Below, piece after piece: positions 27,996 through 42,639 of a stretch of 64,000 nt of DNA. Source of the DNA: Octopus vulgaris. Its lineage: Eukaryota. The first letter of the stretch is position 1. The number at the start of each line of letters is the position of its first letter. The stretch lies in contig OX597822.1 in assembly GCA_951406725.2 (NCBI GenBank), positions 59,458,001 through 59,522,000 of the forward strand, read 5' to 3'. The translations under genes were made by a program, and so were the position numbers. Below the pieces are notes generated by a model. It made no database searches. It had not been told where the DNA came from and saw nothing but the letters and a program-made list of their open reading frames with translations.

Positions 27996-29587
27996 AGTTT
28001 TTTGTTCAGTGTTGTATTACATAGTGGTGTATTACACAGTAATAGTATAACTATTTATAGCGTATAAATATTATTGTATGTCACATTTAAGAAACTCTGC
28101 CGTGTAAAGTATTGTTGATATTTCTTGATATTTCTGAAGATTAAAAAATAAACAGTCAATATCAGATTTGAAAAGCTCAAGCGTTTTAAAACGCACTGTG
28201 CGCACGCACACGTGATATTATACAGATTTATAAATAATACATGCCACGAACAACACATATAGCACAGAAGCACTTCTACACGATTTGACACATACACATA
28301 CACACTCTGTGCGTGTAAGTGTGCGCATATATGCATGTGTGCTGTGCATATATATATATTACATATATACGTGTGTGTGTGTATGTGTGTATGTGTGTGT
28401 GTGTGTGTAAGTGTGTGTGTGAATCCATATGTATAGGCATGCAAGAGGTGTAAAGAACAAGCAAAGCAATCGCATATACGAACGCGTCTAGTTAGATAAC
28501 AGAAAAAGAAAGAAAAAAGAAAATGCAAAACTCTTGAGAAAAGCCACCGGGGAGTTATTTTACAGAAGACAAGTTTGGAATGCATTAGAGTTAGGAAAGA
28601 AGTTGAAAACTCTAGAGATGTGTGTTTGACTGAAGCTCATAGAAATGACTAGGTTAACAGATGGTCTGTTATTCGCTAGGTAGGGAGTCTGATAGCTATA
28701 ATCTATTCATTGTAAGTAAAATATAAAACATTTGTCGAGTGCAATCAAGTTCATTAGAATAGTGTAAAACATCGGTAAGTGGGCGGCTCCTAAAGTCAAC
28801 CAGACATGTATACACAGCATGCTCGAATAGTTAACAAGTTCATTTCGCAATCACGAGGTCATAAGTTCGATCCCACCCAAGAGAGCAAGGTTTTTTTTAT
28901 ATCCTAGCCACGGATCCACCCAAACTGTGTGAGTGGGGTTGAGCAGATGGAAACTGCGTAGGAAACTAGTGGCTCATATATTTAATCTAAAGATCTAGAC
29001 TTGTCAGACTCTTTTATGAAGATACACCCTGAGATTTACGTTTGGGACACATGTGCCTGTGGAATACACAACCACTTAAACCATTATTCAATTAGCAGGG
29101 AGTTCAGTTGAATGAGCAATTGAATACTCATCGTTGAAACTGACAGAGTTCCGTATCACATTTACGATCCATCAGTGTGTCCCACTGAAATCGTATCGAA
29201 AGTGTCTTCAATACGCTCCATAGATGAAGAAGGAGGAGGAGGATGAAGGGGAAGAGGAGGATGGTAAAGACAAAAATGGGTATGAGGAAGAGATGGAGGG
29301 CGAGATCGGTACAGAAATGTGTGATAAAGAAAAGTTCTATGTTTTATATCTTTCGAGGGAAAATTTGCAACGGGTAAAAGGAATTGTTGAGGGAGATAAA
29401 CCTGAATGATAAGGACACTGCGGGAGGTCGACTGATGACATCCTAACCCTAACCCACACATACTCACACACGCACACATACATATGCATATATATATGTG
29501 TGTATGCATATATATATATATATATATGTTTATATATATATATAGATATGGATATATTGTATATGTATACATACGTACACACACACA

Positions 29588-29650
<63 letters not shown>

Positions 29651-30249
29651 ACGCGCAACACATATTTTTGGAAAGTTTTGTCTGAAAGGAAAGAGAATCT
29701 ATATAAAATGGGAAAAAATGTTTTGTCATTCTAATTTGTGGGACGTGCCATGTAGGTCAGTCATTTTCAAACTGATATGTAAAAGCTTTGTATGTCATGA
29801 AATTCTGCCAAAAAAAAGGAGGGGGTAAAAGTGCTGATTGGTGTAAACAGAATGATGAAAATCGGCAGTAATATTTCTAGTAAAGGAAAAAAATAAACAA
29901 GTTGCGAAAAGTCAATAGTACCGAGAACCAATTTTTGATGTTTGTGTCGTTACGTTTAGGAATCAATTTTCACTGTATTTCACAATTTACAGTTTCAACC
30001 AAAATGGAATCATCGATTTAAATATGCAGATTTAAAACCGCTGACGCTACTCCCCACCACACACACACTCGCGCACACATACGTATGTATATATACATCT
30101 ATGTCGGGTCACTCGAAAGTACTACTGAAATACCTAACCCAGTACAACCTGTTGCATAATCAGGTTGTCGGCGACTAAAAGGGACGAAGGACAATGCTAT
30201 TCTTGTGTGAATTTGACATCAATATTATATCAGTATAGAATCAATTGAC

Positions 30250-31035
30250 CGACTTGGGTTATAGATAAACATTGACAATAGACCGACACTTTAACAATAG
30301 ACGACCGCCGGCAGTGTGTTAGATTGACAGTAACTGTTGACAGTCTGTCAGCAGAACAATGCACACACATTGTAGAAGGGACCATACAATGTACACAATG
30401 TCTAGTAAAGAATGTACAGAGAATGTTGTGCTGTGGTTATTAGTACATAACATGAATAGAGAATACAGAAAGGACCCTACACGATAAGCCAATACACAGA
30501 GAATGTGGGAATTAGTCTGAACACAATATACTACGTCAATACATCAACATTAAATTGGAAATAGACAGATAATGTACCAATAAATTGACATTGTGTATCA
30601 TGTCAAGATTTTGTCAATAGACCGACAGTTACTGATACTGACAAAGAATAACATTGACAATCGATTAACATCGACCATAAACAAACGTTGACAACAGACA
30701 ACCACTGGCAACTGACAACACTGATAATGCATCACTGACAATAGGAGTCAGTGAGACAATACAACCGCATTTTGTCAATAAACTGACACTGCATATAGAC
30801 TGACAATTACAATAGACAACACTTAGGCAATAAACGACCACTGACAACAGACCGACATTGACAATAGATCGACATTGTTAAATGTCTGATACTGTGTCAA
30901 TAGACAAAGACTGTGACAATAAAGACTTTGTCAAAACACCAACACTGACAATAGACCGACACTTTGTCCACAGACTGACATCTTGACTATAAACATGACG
31001 TTTGACTATAAACTCTAATAATAAACCGACAAACC
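30250..31035 (+). repeat. Degenerate minisatellite (unit about 18-20 bp, TGACAATAGACCGACAC) with an embedded dispersed repeat
   Basis: The unit recurs at about 30273, 30613, 30841, 30858 and 30945. Block 30355-30545 matches 33830-34020. Confidence 0.7.
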
Positions 31036-34000
31036 GAAATATAGTGACATGATACTCATAATTATCATATCGTTATGTTATCAATTTCCTTTTTCGTTTA
31101 TTTTTAAAGAATTTAACGAAAGAAAACATTGATGAAATAATGAATATCTTCTCTTTCTTTTTGTTTTCTTGCAACCACTCTAACATAATCTTACGTCGTT
31201 GTACAGATTCATTTAGTACAGTCCTTGACTTCAATATTTTATTTTCGAATGAAATTTGTTGAAACAATGTGGCGAAAAATATTTCTTTTTTTTTTCTAAC
31301 TTGTCTTTCAGTATAAAATCTAATATACAGATCAAAGAAGATTAATTTCTTACTTTATAGAATTCAGCACAATCACAGGAAAAGGGAATAAGTATAAGTA
31401 GCACAGAAGACATAAAGTAGCGTCTCAGTTTGGTGTATGGCTTCAGCTAACTGCCTTAACCATCTTCCAAGACGGTGTTCAGTTAAAAGATCTCGTATTG
31501 TATTTTACTTTAGTTTTGAGAGAAGGCACAAGAAATTTGTAATTTTAGGCTCAGAGCGTCAATGCCCGTTCCCAAAGCTTTAGCGATAAACGTTAACTGA
31601 AATGGCTTGAAGCAGAAACCACAATGGATTGCAGATTTGGTTGACAGGGGTAATGAGCAAACTTATACTTCTAATTGTGCGGGGGAAATATCTACAAATT
31701 ACATTCATAAAATTTGTTGTACTTTTAGAAATGCCACACATGTAGAGGCCAACAGGAAGTAAGAATGTATTGGAGAAAACTTCACAGTAAAACAGACGAT
31801 AAACAACAGTAAAATATGACAAGAGTGGTGCAGAGAGATAAGTGAAGATTAAAGAGAAAATGGTGGAATTGTAACGAAGTTGACACCAAGGAAACAGTTT
31901 TATGAACGAGAAAATATCCTGGGAATTATGGTAGATGATTTTAAACACAAGAAATCCTATTTTTAATTCACCCACCCGCTTTGTTTATGGCAAAATGTTT
32001 TGCTGAAACAAGAGTAATGAAAAAAGTATGAAAGCACCAAGGGACAAAATATATATCTGATATATATGTTTCATAAGATGTCTTTGTTTGTTTTCTTACA
32101 TTGCAATTACCAACGAAACTTAATTTAGTGATGGCGTGCAAATTTACTTTGAATTAGTTATCGAACATTTTAACAGGATGATACGAAAAGAAAAAAGTTC
32201 TGATATTTGAAAGACATTTTAGTCATCTAATAATTTTTAGCCGACTCAAGTGGGTAGGGAAATCTGGAATGAGGTGATTGGTTGAGATCGGATTGGCTGT
32301 TTGGACGCTGGCGATTTGGCATGACTGGTTGGGCATTGAATCTGTTTTGGTAATAGCTGGTCTTTGGCGATAGTACTTTTTGGCTTAGAAGTGCACACAC
32401 ACGCACACATTTAAAGACACACAAATATACGCACACACATTCGCACACGAGCATAGAATTATACACGTACAGGTATAATTGCTATTAATGTATTGCTATT
32501 AAGTAACATATGAAGAAATCAACATAAAAACATTTCAAACATTTTACACGAAAGGAAATGAGAAATTGATAATATATTTCTGTAAGAAACAACAAAAGTC
32601 AAAAGGATGTACATGTATACATACACTCACCTCGCACACATATAATCGAAGATTATTAGTTGATTCTTTTGTATCGCTGTTAAACCCATGAAGACCAGTG
32701 GGATAGCTACATTTCAGTGCTAAATTAATGCCGCATACATTAATTAAAAATCTTCAAAAACAATAAACCAAAAAGTGAATATATAAACAGTATCATTTCG
32801 ATAGTTGTAATTTTTAGGTCTAAACTAGTACCGACTTCAAATATAACCACATTGGAACTATTTCAAGTACAATACTACATTACATTATACGTTTTGGTTT
32901 CAAAAGCTGCATCTCTCTTCTATAATAACATATTAATCAACACTACACACCGTTACACCACAATTGCATTGCATTATATTGTAGTGAATTATATCTTGCT
33001 TACTCCCTTCACTAAACTGTACTATTGCAACGCCACACTTATGCACTGCCCTACACTATACAATATTATACAACTTTACAGTATCTGAAGGTGCTTAAAA
33101 TTTATAAATTTCTTCTCTAGCTTTTCTGTAGCGGAACAGATGGCCAAAACAATCAGACTACACATCGGGGTCTTCATATCCTTATTGTCCTACTATAATA
33201 GTCAGGTCAGGATTCTGAATTTCTCACTCTACCTAACAGTAACCAGATATCCGCTGCAATCTCCAGTTGTTTACTATCTTTAATCTGTATTTAGTATCTA
33301 CTTGCCACCACTTGTTGTTTACCGTTTCATGCCAGCCTCCTTTGTTTTCAAATTACGCTTTTTTGAATTGGTTTTCAAAGTTAATTTTGTAAAAGTCAGT
33401 TGCTAGCCTCTTCTATCCAATTCATGCCAAACATTGATATTGCATAAATCGAGTTAATTCATTTTACATTAATTTTATTGAATTCTGTGGGCTTAAGGAT
33501 AAAGTTAAACCTTACCGAGATTTATTGAAATACATTCAAGCAAGTTTGTTAATGTCAATATCAACAAAGTCAGTCAAGTTTGATAGAAAAGCTCTGAAGT
33601 CGAATTGAACTTTGTGAAGTCTAGACGTTCATTTTATTCTAATTCTGTTGTCCCAGTTTCTTCAAATGTCACATTAAAAAAGTTAAAACTATTAACTCCA
33701 CGTTTTACTAAAGTGGAGATCTTGATATCTTCGCTATATTGAGATGAAAATCGACATGTTTAGCAAAGATTTTCGTTAATGATGTGTCTTTCTCCAATAT
33801 TTCAGAAAATTCAAAGTGACTATAAAATACACATACATTGTAGAAATGACCACACATTGTACACAGTATGTGGTAATGACTATATAACATACGCAGAATG
33901 TGGTACTGTGGTTATTACTATATGACATGAACAGAGAGTACAGAGTGGACCATACATGATTAGCCAATACACAGAGTATGTGAAACAGTCTGCACACAAT

Positions 34001-34819
34001 GCGCTAATGAATACACATGCTGTGATAATGACTACCAAATATAGCATGATGAGTTAATAAGTATACAATATCTACAAACCAGGCAATAATCATATAATAA
34101 GGTAATGACATGATGTAGTAATAACCATAAAATGACGATGTAGAATAACCATATAATAAGGTAATGATATAATGTAGTAATAACCATACAATATAGACAG
34201 GATGATGTAGGGATCGCTAAACAATACACAGTGGGGGATCATTTTCACACTGTGGAACATTTAAATTTAAATTTCTTATTTTCGAGTTTGGTGATAATAC
34301 TTTTAGATGACTGCTTCAAGAAGTTATATATTTCTTCAGATAACACAGACAAACAATCTTTTATATTTATACAAAGAATATTCTCTATTTATACACCATA
34401 TATATAAACATTTGTTATAACAAAGCTTTTACATGTGTAGAAAGTAAGACACAAATTCTCGACTTTATTTGATGGATGAGAAATAATATTTATTATCTAA
34501 TTTTATATAAAGAAAGGGAAGACAGATATACATTCACACGTGCGCATGCACTAACACACATAAGAACATAAACATTCAGATACACATGTAGACACATATA
34601 TAGACATACTTACAGACAAGTGCGCGCGCACACACACGTACACACACGGGCATATACGGCAACATATGAACGAGGCCGCGCACACATATTTAAATATATA
34701 CATAGACACACATAGACAAACTTACATAAACTTAATGACCATTTTATTACTTATTACTTACAGTTAGTCAATGACCAGTTTATTTCTACAGAAGAAGTAG
34801 GCCAGTCATGCTGGCTGTG

Positions 34820-34910
34820 TGAGTCATGTAGGTGTGGTTTATATAAAGCAGGTAGCTAGGCGTGTATAAGATTAACTCAATGTTTCATTGAATTTTGAAA
34901 ACGGGTAAAA
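34820..34910 (+). promoter_or_regulatory. Candidate promoter and short non-coding first exon of the VWA gene
   Basis: AP-1-like TGAGTCA (34820-34826), TATATAAAG (34840-34848) and a possible donor G|GTAAAA at 34905. Motif evidence only. Confidence 0.2.
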
Positions 34911-35061
34911 TTAGAGGCTTAATTGACAAAGAGCAGAATATCTCCAGGACCAAGAACGTCAGTTCACATAAATATTAACCACGTACACGTTTGGTGCTTT
35001 GATATGCATGTATGTATATATGCATATATGTATGCATGTAGGTATATATGTCTGAATGTAT

Positions 35062-35107
<46 letters not shown>

Positions 35108-35403
35108 TGTATTACATGTATATGCATATATATATATATATGTATATATAGCTAGATAGATAGATAAATAGATACACATACACACACGTTTGTATTACAC
35201 AAATCTAGCTGGTGACTTGACGTGCGATTGAGTGTTGAAACTGTAACAGTTTCATCGTGGGAGACTCTTTCTAGTCATTTAATAACACAAATAAGAAAAA
35301 GACCTGTTAAATTCACTTCCGCCTCAAATGTTGTCAATGTTTTTTTCGCACAACTGCAACTAAGTAACTGTTCCACTGTTCTAGAACTGTGTCAGTAGAT
35401 TAG

Positions 35404-35466
<63 letters not shown>

Positions 35467-35559
35467 TTTCCTGAAATATTTGAAACCTCATATCTATTGA
35501 AATAACCGTAATAAGAATTCATATGATCACTTTTATTCTCATATTCACAGAAAACCACA

Positions 35560-35590
35560 TTAGGGTTAGGGTTAGGGTTAGAGTTAGAGT
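35560..35590 (+). repeat. Short interstitial (TTAGGG)n
   Basis: TTAGGG x3 followed by TTAGAG x2. Confidence 0.85.
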
Positions 35591-36904
35591 TTATAACACA
35601 TATTCATTTCCGTGTTAAGTCATTTCACTTCCATTACTAGGATTTCCTGGTACAATCTTTAACTCCATACTGACTCGACTTGTGACATCATACTAAATCT
35701 GGATACACTGCGCAGATACAACGTATTCAGCAATGTCACAACAAATCATTTAATCTGCAATATGCTTTCTATTCAGCAATAATTCCCATCGAACAGTTCT
35801 CAGCTGAATCTCTTCAAATTCTGTCCATAAATGTCATTAAGAAACAAGAGGAACTCCAAATATTTCGGTCACCAACAGAACGATTGATAATCGACCACTC
35901 TACAGTGGATTTCAAATTTCGGAATATGAGTTTCGTTGTGTGAGATTACGAGTTTTCGAAAGATTGTTCTTGGATGTCATAGTTGAAAGTAAGAAAAGTC
36001 TTTGAGTTGCGCCGTTTTTGATATCATGAATGGAGAAGATATGTAATAACATAATGTTTCGAGTTTTTGGCACAGAATTCAGTGGCAGTAACATGGCTCG
36101 GATGTCGGATAGGGTACAACTGCTGTACATGTGTAATATATATAATTTCGCGCAAACAATTGATGACCGGTCTCAACTTTGACTGCTCTAACGTGCATGG
36201 TTGTGAGTTGCTCATAAAGGTTTATCTGTGAGAGATAGAATCCCTCTTCGGTGAATGACACTTATTATCATACTATCCTTCTATTTGTACGCTATAAAGA
36301 TCATATGAGCTGATTTATGCAAAGTACAACTATTACAATTTCAGTATATTCTACTAAATTCTTAAATTGTTGATTGCTACTTAATTAGAAAGGTATTTTG
36401 GATAACTTTTGGCACACACCGTTTGGACGATGTCTTCAGCATACTTCTCTTGACATTTTTATGTTTATAATATCTTCCACATATCTACGGTTGTTTACAT
36501 ATACGTTAATTTGTAGATTAAACAAACACGGCATTTGATATTTATGACCACTGTCATGAAAGCATTCTGCAGAGTAATAAACAGAAGGGAAAAAAGAAAC
36601 TTGATTTTCAGTAGTTATCTCCTACTGAATATTGCATCCGAAAGTTTAAAAAACTTTCCCCATAAAACATAAATGCTGACGCGAGTCTTTACGGTCGAAA
36701 ACCTTCATAGGAGAGATAAAGATGTTTGTTATTAACTATCACGTGCTGTATTTACTTCACATCTGCTCTAATCAAATTACATAGAAAAATGCGTCACCAC
36801 ACGAAATAGATATAGGTCGTTTGAAGGCTGCTGCTGAAACTGCACTTTTTGCCTTGGTTCAACAGTATCTATCTGTATATCTAGACAAATGAATGCCTAT
36901 AACA

Positions 36905-36950
<46 letters not shown>

Positions 36951-37034
36951 ATAAATATATATATATATATATATAAATATATATATATATATGTATACAT
37001 ATATATATATGTATACATATATATATATTTATAA

Positions 37035-37070
<36 letters not shown>

Positions 37071-37096
37071 GTGTGTGTGTATGTGTGTAAATATAA

Positions 37097-37295
37097 GGCA
37101 GCGAGCTGGCTGGCAGAAACGTTGGCACACCGGTATTTGGTCTGTTTATACGTTCTGAGTTCAAATTCTGCCGAGATCAACTTTGCCTTTCATTCTTTCG
37201 GGGTCAATAAATTAAGTACCAGTGGCGTACTGAGGTCGATCTAATTGACTGGCTCCCCTCCCCACAAATTTCGGACCTTGTGCCTAGAATAGAAA
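37097..37295 (+). mobile_element. SINE family D (Nin/Deu-like domain)
   Basis: GGCAGCGAGCTGGC..GAGTTCAAATTC..CTTTGCCTTTCATTCTTTCGGGGTCAATAAATTAAGTACC. Related copies at 48377 and 62395. Confidence 0.75.
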
Positions 37296-38071
37296 CGAAT
37301 ATATATATAAGTATATGTATATGAATTATTAGTATATACATATATACTTATATGTGTATGTATATAGCTATATACATACATATCCATGCATATATTGTAC
37401 AGACACAGATGTATGCATGCATTTATGTATGTGCACATTCTTGTACGCACACGCTCAAATGTTTATGCATCTTTCTCTCCCTCTCTCTGTGCGTGTATAT
37501 ATGTAAGTATGTATGTACACATGTTGATACTCATATGCATACACCCAAATATATATACTGTGCGAATATCTGCAAATTTATGTGTAAATAGATGTATGTT
37601 AAACAACCCCCTCATCATATCCGCCTTTTCTTGCAAGAATTTTGATTTTGCCAATACTGACGGCGAGATATATGCAAGAGTAGAGTTTCTATAGACTAGT
37701 GGCAGCTCTGGCTTCATATCTAATATCGTGCCCAAGATCTACCACGAACAACTAAAATAACAAAAGATAAATGCACAGATAAATTCAATATTAATTTCTG
37801 TCAACATTTTATCTCATGAAAGCTGGTTTATATATCTGAAAACAGAGCAAGCCATTTTTCTATTTTAAGTGCTAAATAAACTGTAAAAGGTGGTGAAATG
37901 TTATTTTACGTTAAAATTTCTTTTTTTCTACAAAAATAAGATTTGCTAGTTAAACGAATGAAACAATAAATAAAAAATATTCCTTAGTAGAGTAGTTAAA
38001 TTAGGGTGGGAACCGGGTAGCATGAATTTCTCAAGGACACAAACAAGGAGATGAACATATATGTATGTATG

Positions 38072-38575
38072 TCATTATTAAGTTTATTTAAAGATTTCTT
38101 GCCAATAGAGAAAGAACCGGTTTCTACCCTAGATCTAAGGCGCTTTTATTGGAATTTCAATATCAACAACGGTATTTTTGTTTCTATGTATGTATGTATG
38201 TATGTATGTATGTATGTATGTATGTATGTTTTATGCGTGTATTCTCAATCATATAGTTTCATACCTAGGCATGCTCATATATATTTAAATTATAAACTTC
38301 TGGAAAGTTTTACAGATTTTTACGGTTCCAGTGATGGATTGGATCCGTAATCTTCGAATTACCTTCCTCCTTTCTAGTTTTGAGAAGCCTAATTTCTCAA
38401 GATTGGTATTTAGGTAGTGTGTTACATATCCCAAGGCCCCAATAATTACTGGTATAAACTTGAACTTGTAACTGCAGATTTCTCAGTTCTTCAGTATAGG
38501 TGTTCTCTTTCTCACTGATCTTCAGTTTTATGTTAACATCCGGTGGGCAACTAATTTCCACAACTGTGCACTGTG
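38072..38575 (-). mobile_element. R4/Dong-like non-LTR retrotransposon 3' fragment (RLE domain + 3' UTR) in (CATA)n
   Basis: The minus strand reads CTVVEISCPPDVNIKLKISEKENTY..IIGALGYV..ITGTVKICKTFQKF. The same 3' UTR recurs at 42495-42605 and at 53180-53430/54046-54082. Confidence 0.75.
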
Positions 38576-39664
38576 TATGTATGTATGTATGTATGTATGT
38601 ATGTATGTATGTATGTATGTATGTATGTATGTATGTATGTGTGTAGGCATGTATACATACATACATATGTATGTGTATATATATATGAGTGTTTATATCA
38701 GTAAAAAAGCAAACGATGTTAGACTGACATGGAACCGACTTGTCAACTAAGTTAATGGAGTGTTGACCGTAGCCTCATGGATATTTCTTCTTCAAATATA
38801 AAACGGTTTATAGAAATATACGTAGTTTATAAGGAACAAAGAGCCCAGTACTCACTGGAAATCGAATGTCTCTGTTTAGGACTGCTGAGCCGTTTCTTGA
38901 ATATAATCACATGAAATACATTGAGCTTTCGCAATGTTAATCTTTGGAACATGTGTAATTTGGTGGAATGACCAAGACTTCTAATATCCCTCGTTGTTCT
39001 CTTACTCATAGTATAAGGGTTTTGTAGCAAGAAAAAGACAGTATGGTATAATTTAGTGTAGATGGAATGAATAAAATTGTAATATTTACTTCATTTTATC
39101 CAGTGTCTTACTTGGTTAAGATTTTATTGAGAAATACATTGCAGGAATGATGTTCAATATTTCTTGTGATAGTTATTATTATTCTTGTATAATGTGAGCT
39201 AATACTACTGAGTACTGTTATTTACATAATGTTGTGTATAATATTATTTTGAACGCTTTGATATAGTGCTTGGTTCTTTCATCGTTCTAAAATATCATGT
39301 AAAAAAATGCATTCAAAATAGGCCATAGAAAGCGTAAACGTATGACTACAAACTCACAAACTGGATCACACTATCTCAAACTCCATGAAACGTGACTTTT
39401 ATCTGTAAAAAAAAAGTACCTAAATTATGTCTTGGAAACTAAATAATAAGTCAAAGAATCACTTATGCTATAAGCATAACCCACTTTTCTGAAAAGAACA
39501 GCACACTGTCTAGCAACATGATAACAGAAGCTATGAAAACAAATTGCATTTATTGTTGATCTAATCTCTAACAATAGCCACGAATATATTCAATGTTAAA
39601 ATTTGTCAGATAATTTCAAGACTTATTTCAACAGTGTATTAATGTTATATTTATATCTTTTCAG

Positions 39665-39706
39665 TGATTTTGCCGCTTGTACGGTGCGGTTACAACAGGC
39701 TACATG
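39665..39706 (+). CDS. Small phase 1-1 exon of the VWA gene (end of signal peptide)
   Basis: TATCTTTTCAG acceptor, 42 nt, G|GTGAGT donor. It reads xILPLVRCGYNRLH(E) and splices in frame to 44712. Confidence 0.6.
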
Positions 39707-41579
39707 GTGAGTAAAGCGATATGATATTTTCTGTGGGGATGCATGCGATTCTAAAAATAATGCCTATCGTAACATTGCCCTAGTTTTTGTTTCTTCATCA
39801 TTAGTAATAGACTTGTAAATGGTTTTCAAAATGAGCAGGTGAATATTTTTCAGTCACTTAATCTATTTGTAGTTAGTTTCTACTTAAATTTATAAACAAT
39901 CTTAGACTTTTAATAGTAATAATTATAATTTTTCTTGACACATAGTTCTTTCGTAAATCTACTGGGTTTTTTTTACTGATAGCTGACGAGCAAAACCAAT
40001 TCCTGTGAGATTTGAACGCAGAATGTCAAAAATATGCCTAAATATTGTGAGACATTAAATTTGACGCTCTATCATTTCTCCCAAATTATTGTTCTTGATT
40101 AAAATATGTCCAATTAGATATAATATTGGCAGCTAAATAGTTATAGATAATTAACCCTACAAGGCGGGTGAAGTGACAGAGATGTTGAGCGTCGGACACA
40201 ACTGCTTTGCAGTATTTAATATTGATGTCTTGTGTTCAAATTCAGCCAACGTCAGTTTTGTCTTTCAATCTTCCGGAGTCAACGAACCTGTCAAGTATTC
40301 AGAATGATTTAATGGGTTTGTCCTCTTCCGAGAATTTTGACCAAGGTCAAAACTCTTCTCACTCTCTATTTTTTTTTTTTATTAAAACATACTTCATTGA
40401 AATAGATACCTTCAATGAACTAGATCCTACTTAAACCTGTAATGTACTAAGTGCCATTGAAACAGATAGAATCAAAGTAGATTGCAGTTCGGTTAGGTAT
40501 CAAATATCGAGAGCTTGGAGAAGATACTTTAATTTATTGCGTTATTTCATTACATTCTTTGACAAGATAAATAACGCTACTTCCCCATCTTCATTTAACA
40601 ATTAATGTTTAGTAAACATATATTCCACATAAGTGTATAACTATTCTTCTCATCCCACTTAAAGCAAGAACATAGGGTAAATACTTACGCTTTAGAGAAG
40701 CTCTGTTGTAGATCACATCAGATGAGTTACATAAAAATCACATAGAAAAGCAAACCGTTGCGTAGAAATGACAACTGTGTTGGTCTGTACGAAAACTACA
40801 TCACACCTGCCGTCAATTTTGATAGTCATATTTGTGCCACTGATTTCTCAACAATAAACCATAATAAATTCAGGACGCAAAATAACACCCTACGAATTAT
40901 AATATGATGTTCACACATGGACCACTTTCTATAGAAAACAAAATACTAAACATAGAACACCTGAACATGTGAGTGACACAATTTGATGCTACATCAAGCT
41001 TCAATCTCCACTGTGACTGCTATTATATGAAAAACGAAAACAAAAGCCACCTCCCGACATATAAACATACAATACTCTAGATACTCTCGAATATTACTAC
41101 AACATTCTAAAACCACAATGTTCCCTACACTGCATAGAAGACACACAGATAGAAATAACTGGAGCATCAATAGCTTCACTGACCTCATATGCTGTGCTGG
41201 GTGCACTACACAACGATATGTCCAGAGGAATGACAACAGTCATATTGAGATCGAGTTCCCTTTGTCTGCCTGCGCTCTGCTCGCCACCAGAATCTTTGGA
41301 AATACAGAATTAGACAGTGTATTTAGATTGTGCGAAATCTGAGGTTGAATAGAAATAGGTTGGACAATGGAAAGTGTACAGTAAGTTAAAAGTGTCACGC
41401 TGATCCCTTATAATTCCTCCCTACATACTGGGGTGTGTAGTATGATATTTAGCTAAACAGAGAGATAGAATGACTGGGAAGATACATCTGTGGAAACGAC
41501 GTCACACTTCGCTGTTCGAGCGATTATCTGCGTCTGATCGGTTAGAGCTATCTTACATCTACACGGCGACGACAACAGT

Positions 41580-41822
41580 GTAGGCGCAATGGCCCAGTGG
41601 TTAGGGCAGCGGACTCGCGGTCGTAAGAACGCGGTTTCGATTCCCAAATCGGGCATTGTGAGTGTTTATTGAGCAAAAACACCTAAGTTCCACAAGCCTC
41701 CGGCGGGGTGGGTGAACCCCGCTGTACTCTGAAAGTTGTGGTGAAAGAGTACAGCGGGGTTCACTCACCCCCGCTGTACTCTTTCACCACAACTTTCTCT
41801 CACTCTTTCTTCCTAATTCTGC
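41580..41822 (+). mobile_element. SINE family C with an internal dup-inversion
   Basis: The head matches the 49820 copy; 41705-41797 is rearranged. Confidence 0.8.
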
Positions 41823-42109
41823 CACAAAGCAGAGGAACCATAGTGTAACCCACTATGGTGTGGTAAACTTTCAGACACTAGAGATTATTCTTTGTGGCTA
41901 ATGGCATGAGTCCAGATTGGAAGAAGAAGAAGAAGAAGAACAACAACAACAACAACAGCAACAACCACAGCAACAGGAGCATTAAGAAAAGCTGTGGTAG
42001 GCTGTGATCTTACAGCGACTTTGAAACAGTTAAGGCGTTAAGTGAGGTCTGTAATAGATCACAACAACCAATATCGTTAGAAACCAGTGTACCCATATCA
42101 CTTACCTTT

Positions 42110-42420
42110 ACCCGCGAACAACTCAATTTCTTCATCACGTTCGTCCGCTCCTTTCACTCAGTGATAGATTTCACATCCACTAATTCTACTCTTCCAGTTA
42201 ACTTTCTAAATATCTCTGTTTATATCGACCACACTAACTTACCCACCTCTATCTTTTACAAGCACACTGACTCTCTTGTTCCTTCTAACTTTCATCATTT
42301 CTACTGTTTTCTACACCCATTTCCTCTGCTGTCTCAAACCGAAACTCGAACTTTGACGCCCAGTCGTACTACATGGGCCACTACTTTATAAAACGTGGTT
42401 ACACCCGCCAACTGCTGGTA
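42110..42420 (+). mobile_element. Penelope-like reverse transcriptase remnant
   Basis: FITFVRSFHSVIDFTSTNSTLPVNFLNISV..TSIFYKHTDS resembles the PLE motif HPxxxFT..FLD..YxKPTDS. Confidence 0.65.
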
Positions 42421-42639
42421 CTACCTACCCTTACATACATACACACATACATACATACATATACACATACATACATACATACAAACATACATACAAAAAT
42501 ACCCTGTTGTTGATGTTGAGATTCTAATGAAGGAGCCTTGGATCTAGGTTAGAAACTGGTTCTTTCTCCATTGGCAAGAAATCTTGAAATAAACTGAATA
42601 ATGACGTACATATTAATATTCATATTCAGAGTAATACGT

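Noticed and set aside
30250-31035. Spaced repeats superficially like a CRISPR array
   Set aside because: The units are degenerate and irregular, there are no unique spacers or cas genes, and the context is eukaryotic.
35560-35590. Chromosome end or fusion site
   Set aside because: Only five units, in one orientation, with ordinary sequence on both sides.
38950-39200. Hydrophobic reading frames as a possible ATG exon of the VWA gene
   Set aside because: In-frame TGA codons precede them and there is no phase-1 donor.
42524-42562. ATGAAGGAGCCT..AGGTTAGAAAC hairpin in the R4-like 3' UTR
   Set aside because: It lacks the CUGA core in all three copies and is more likely a LINE recognition stem-loop.
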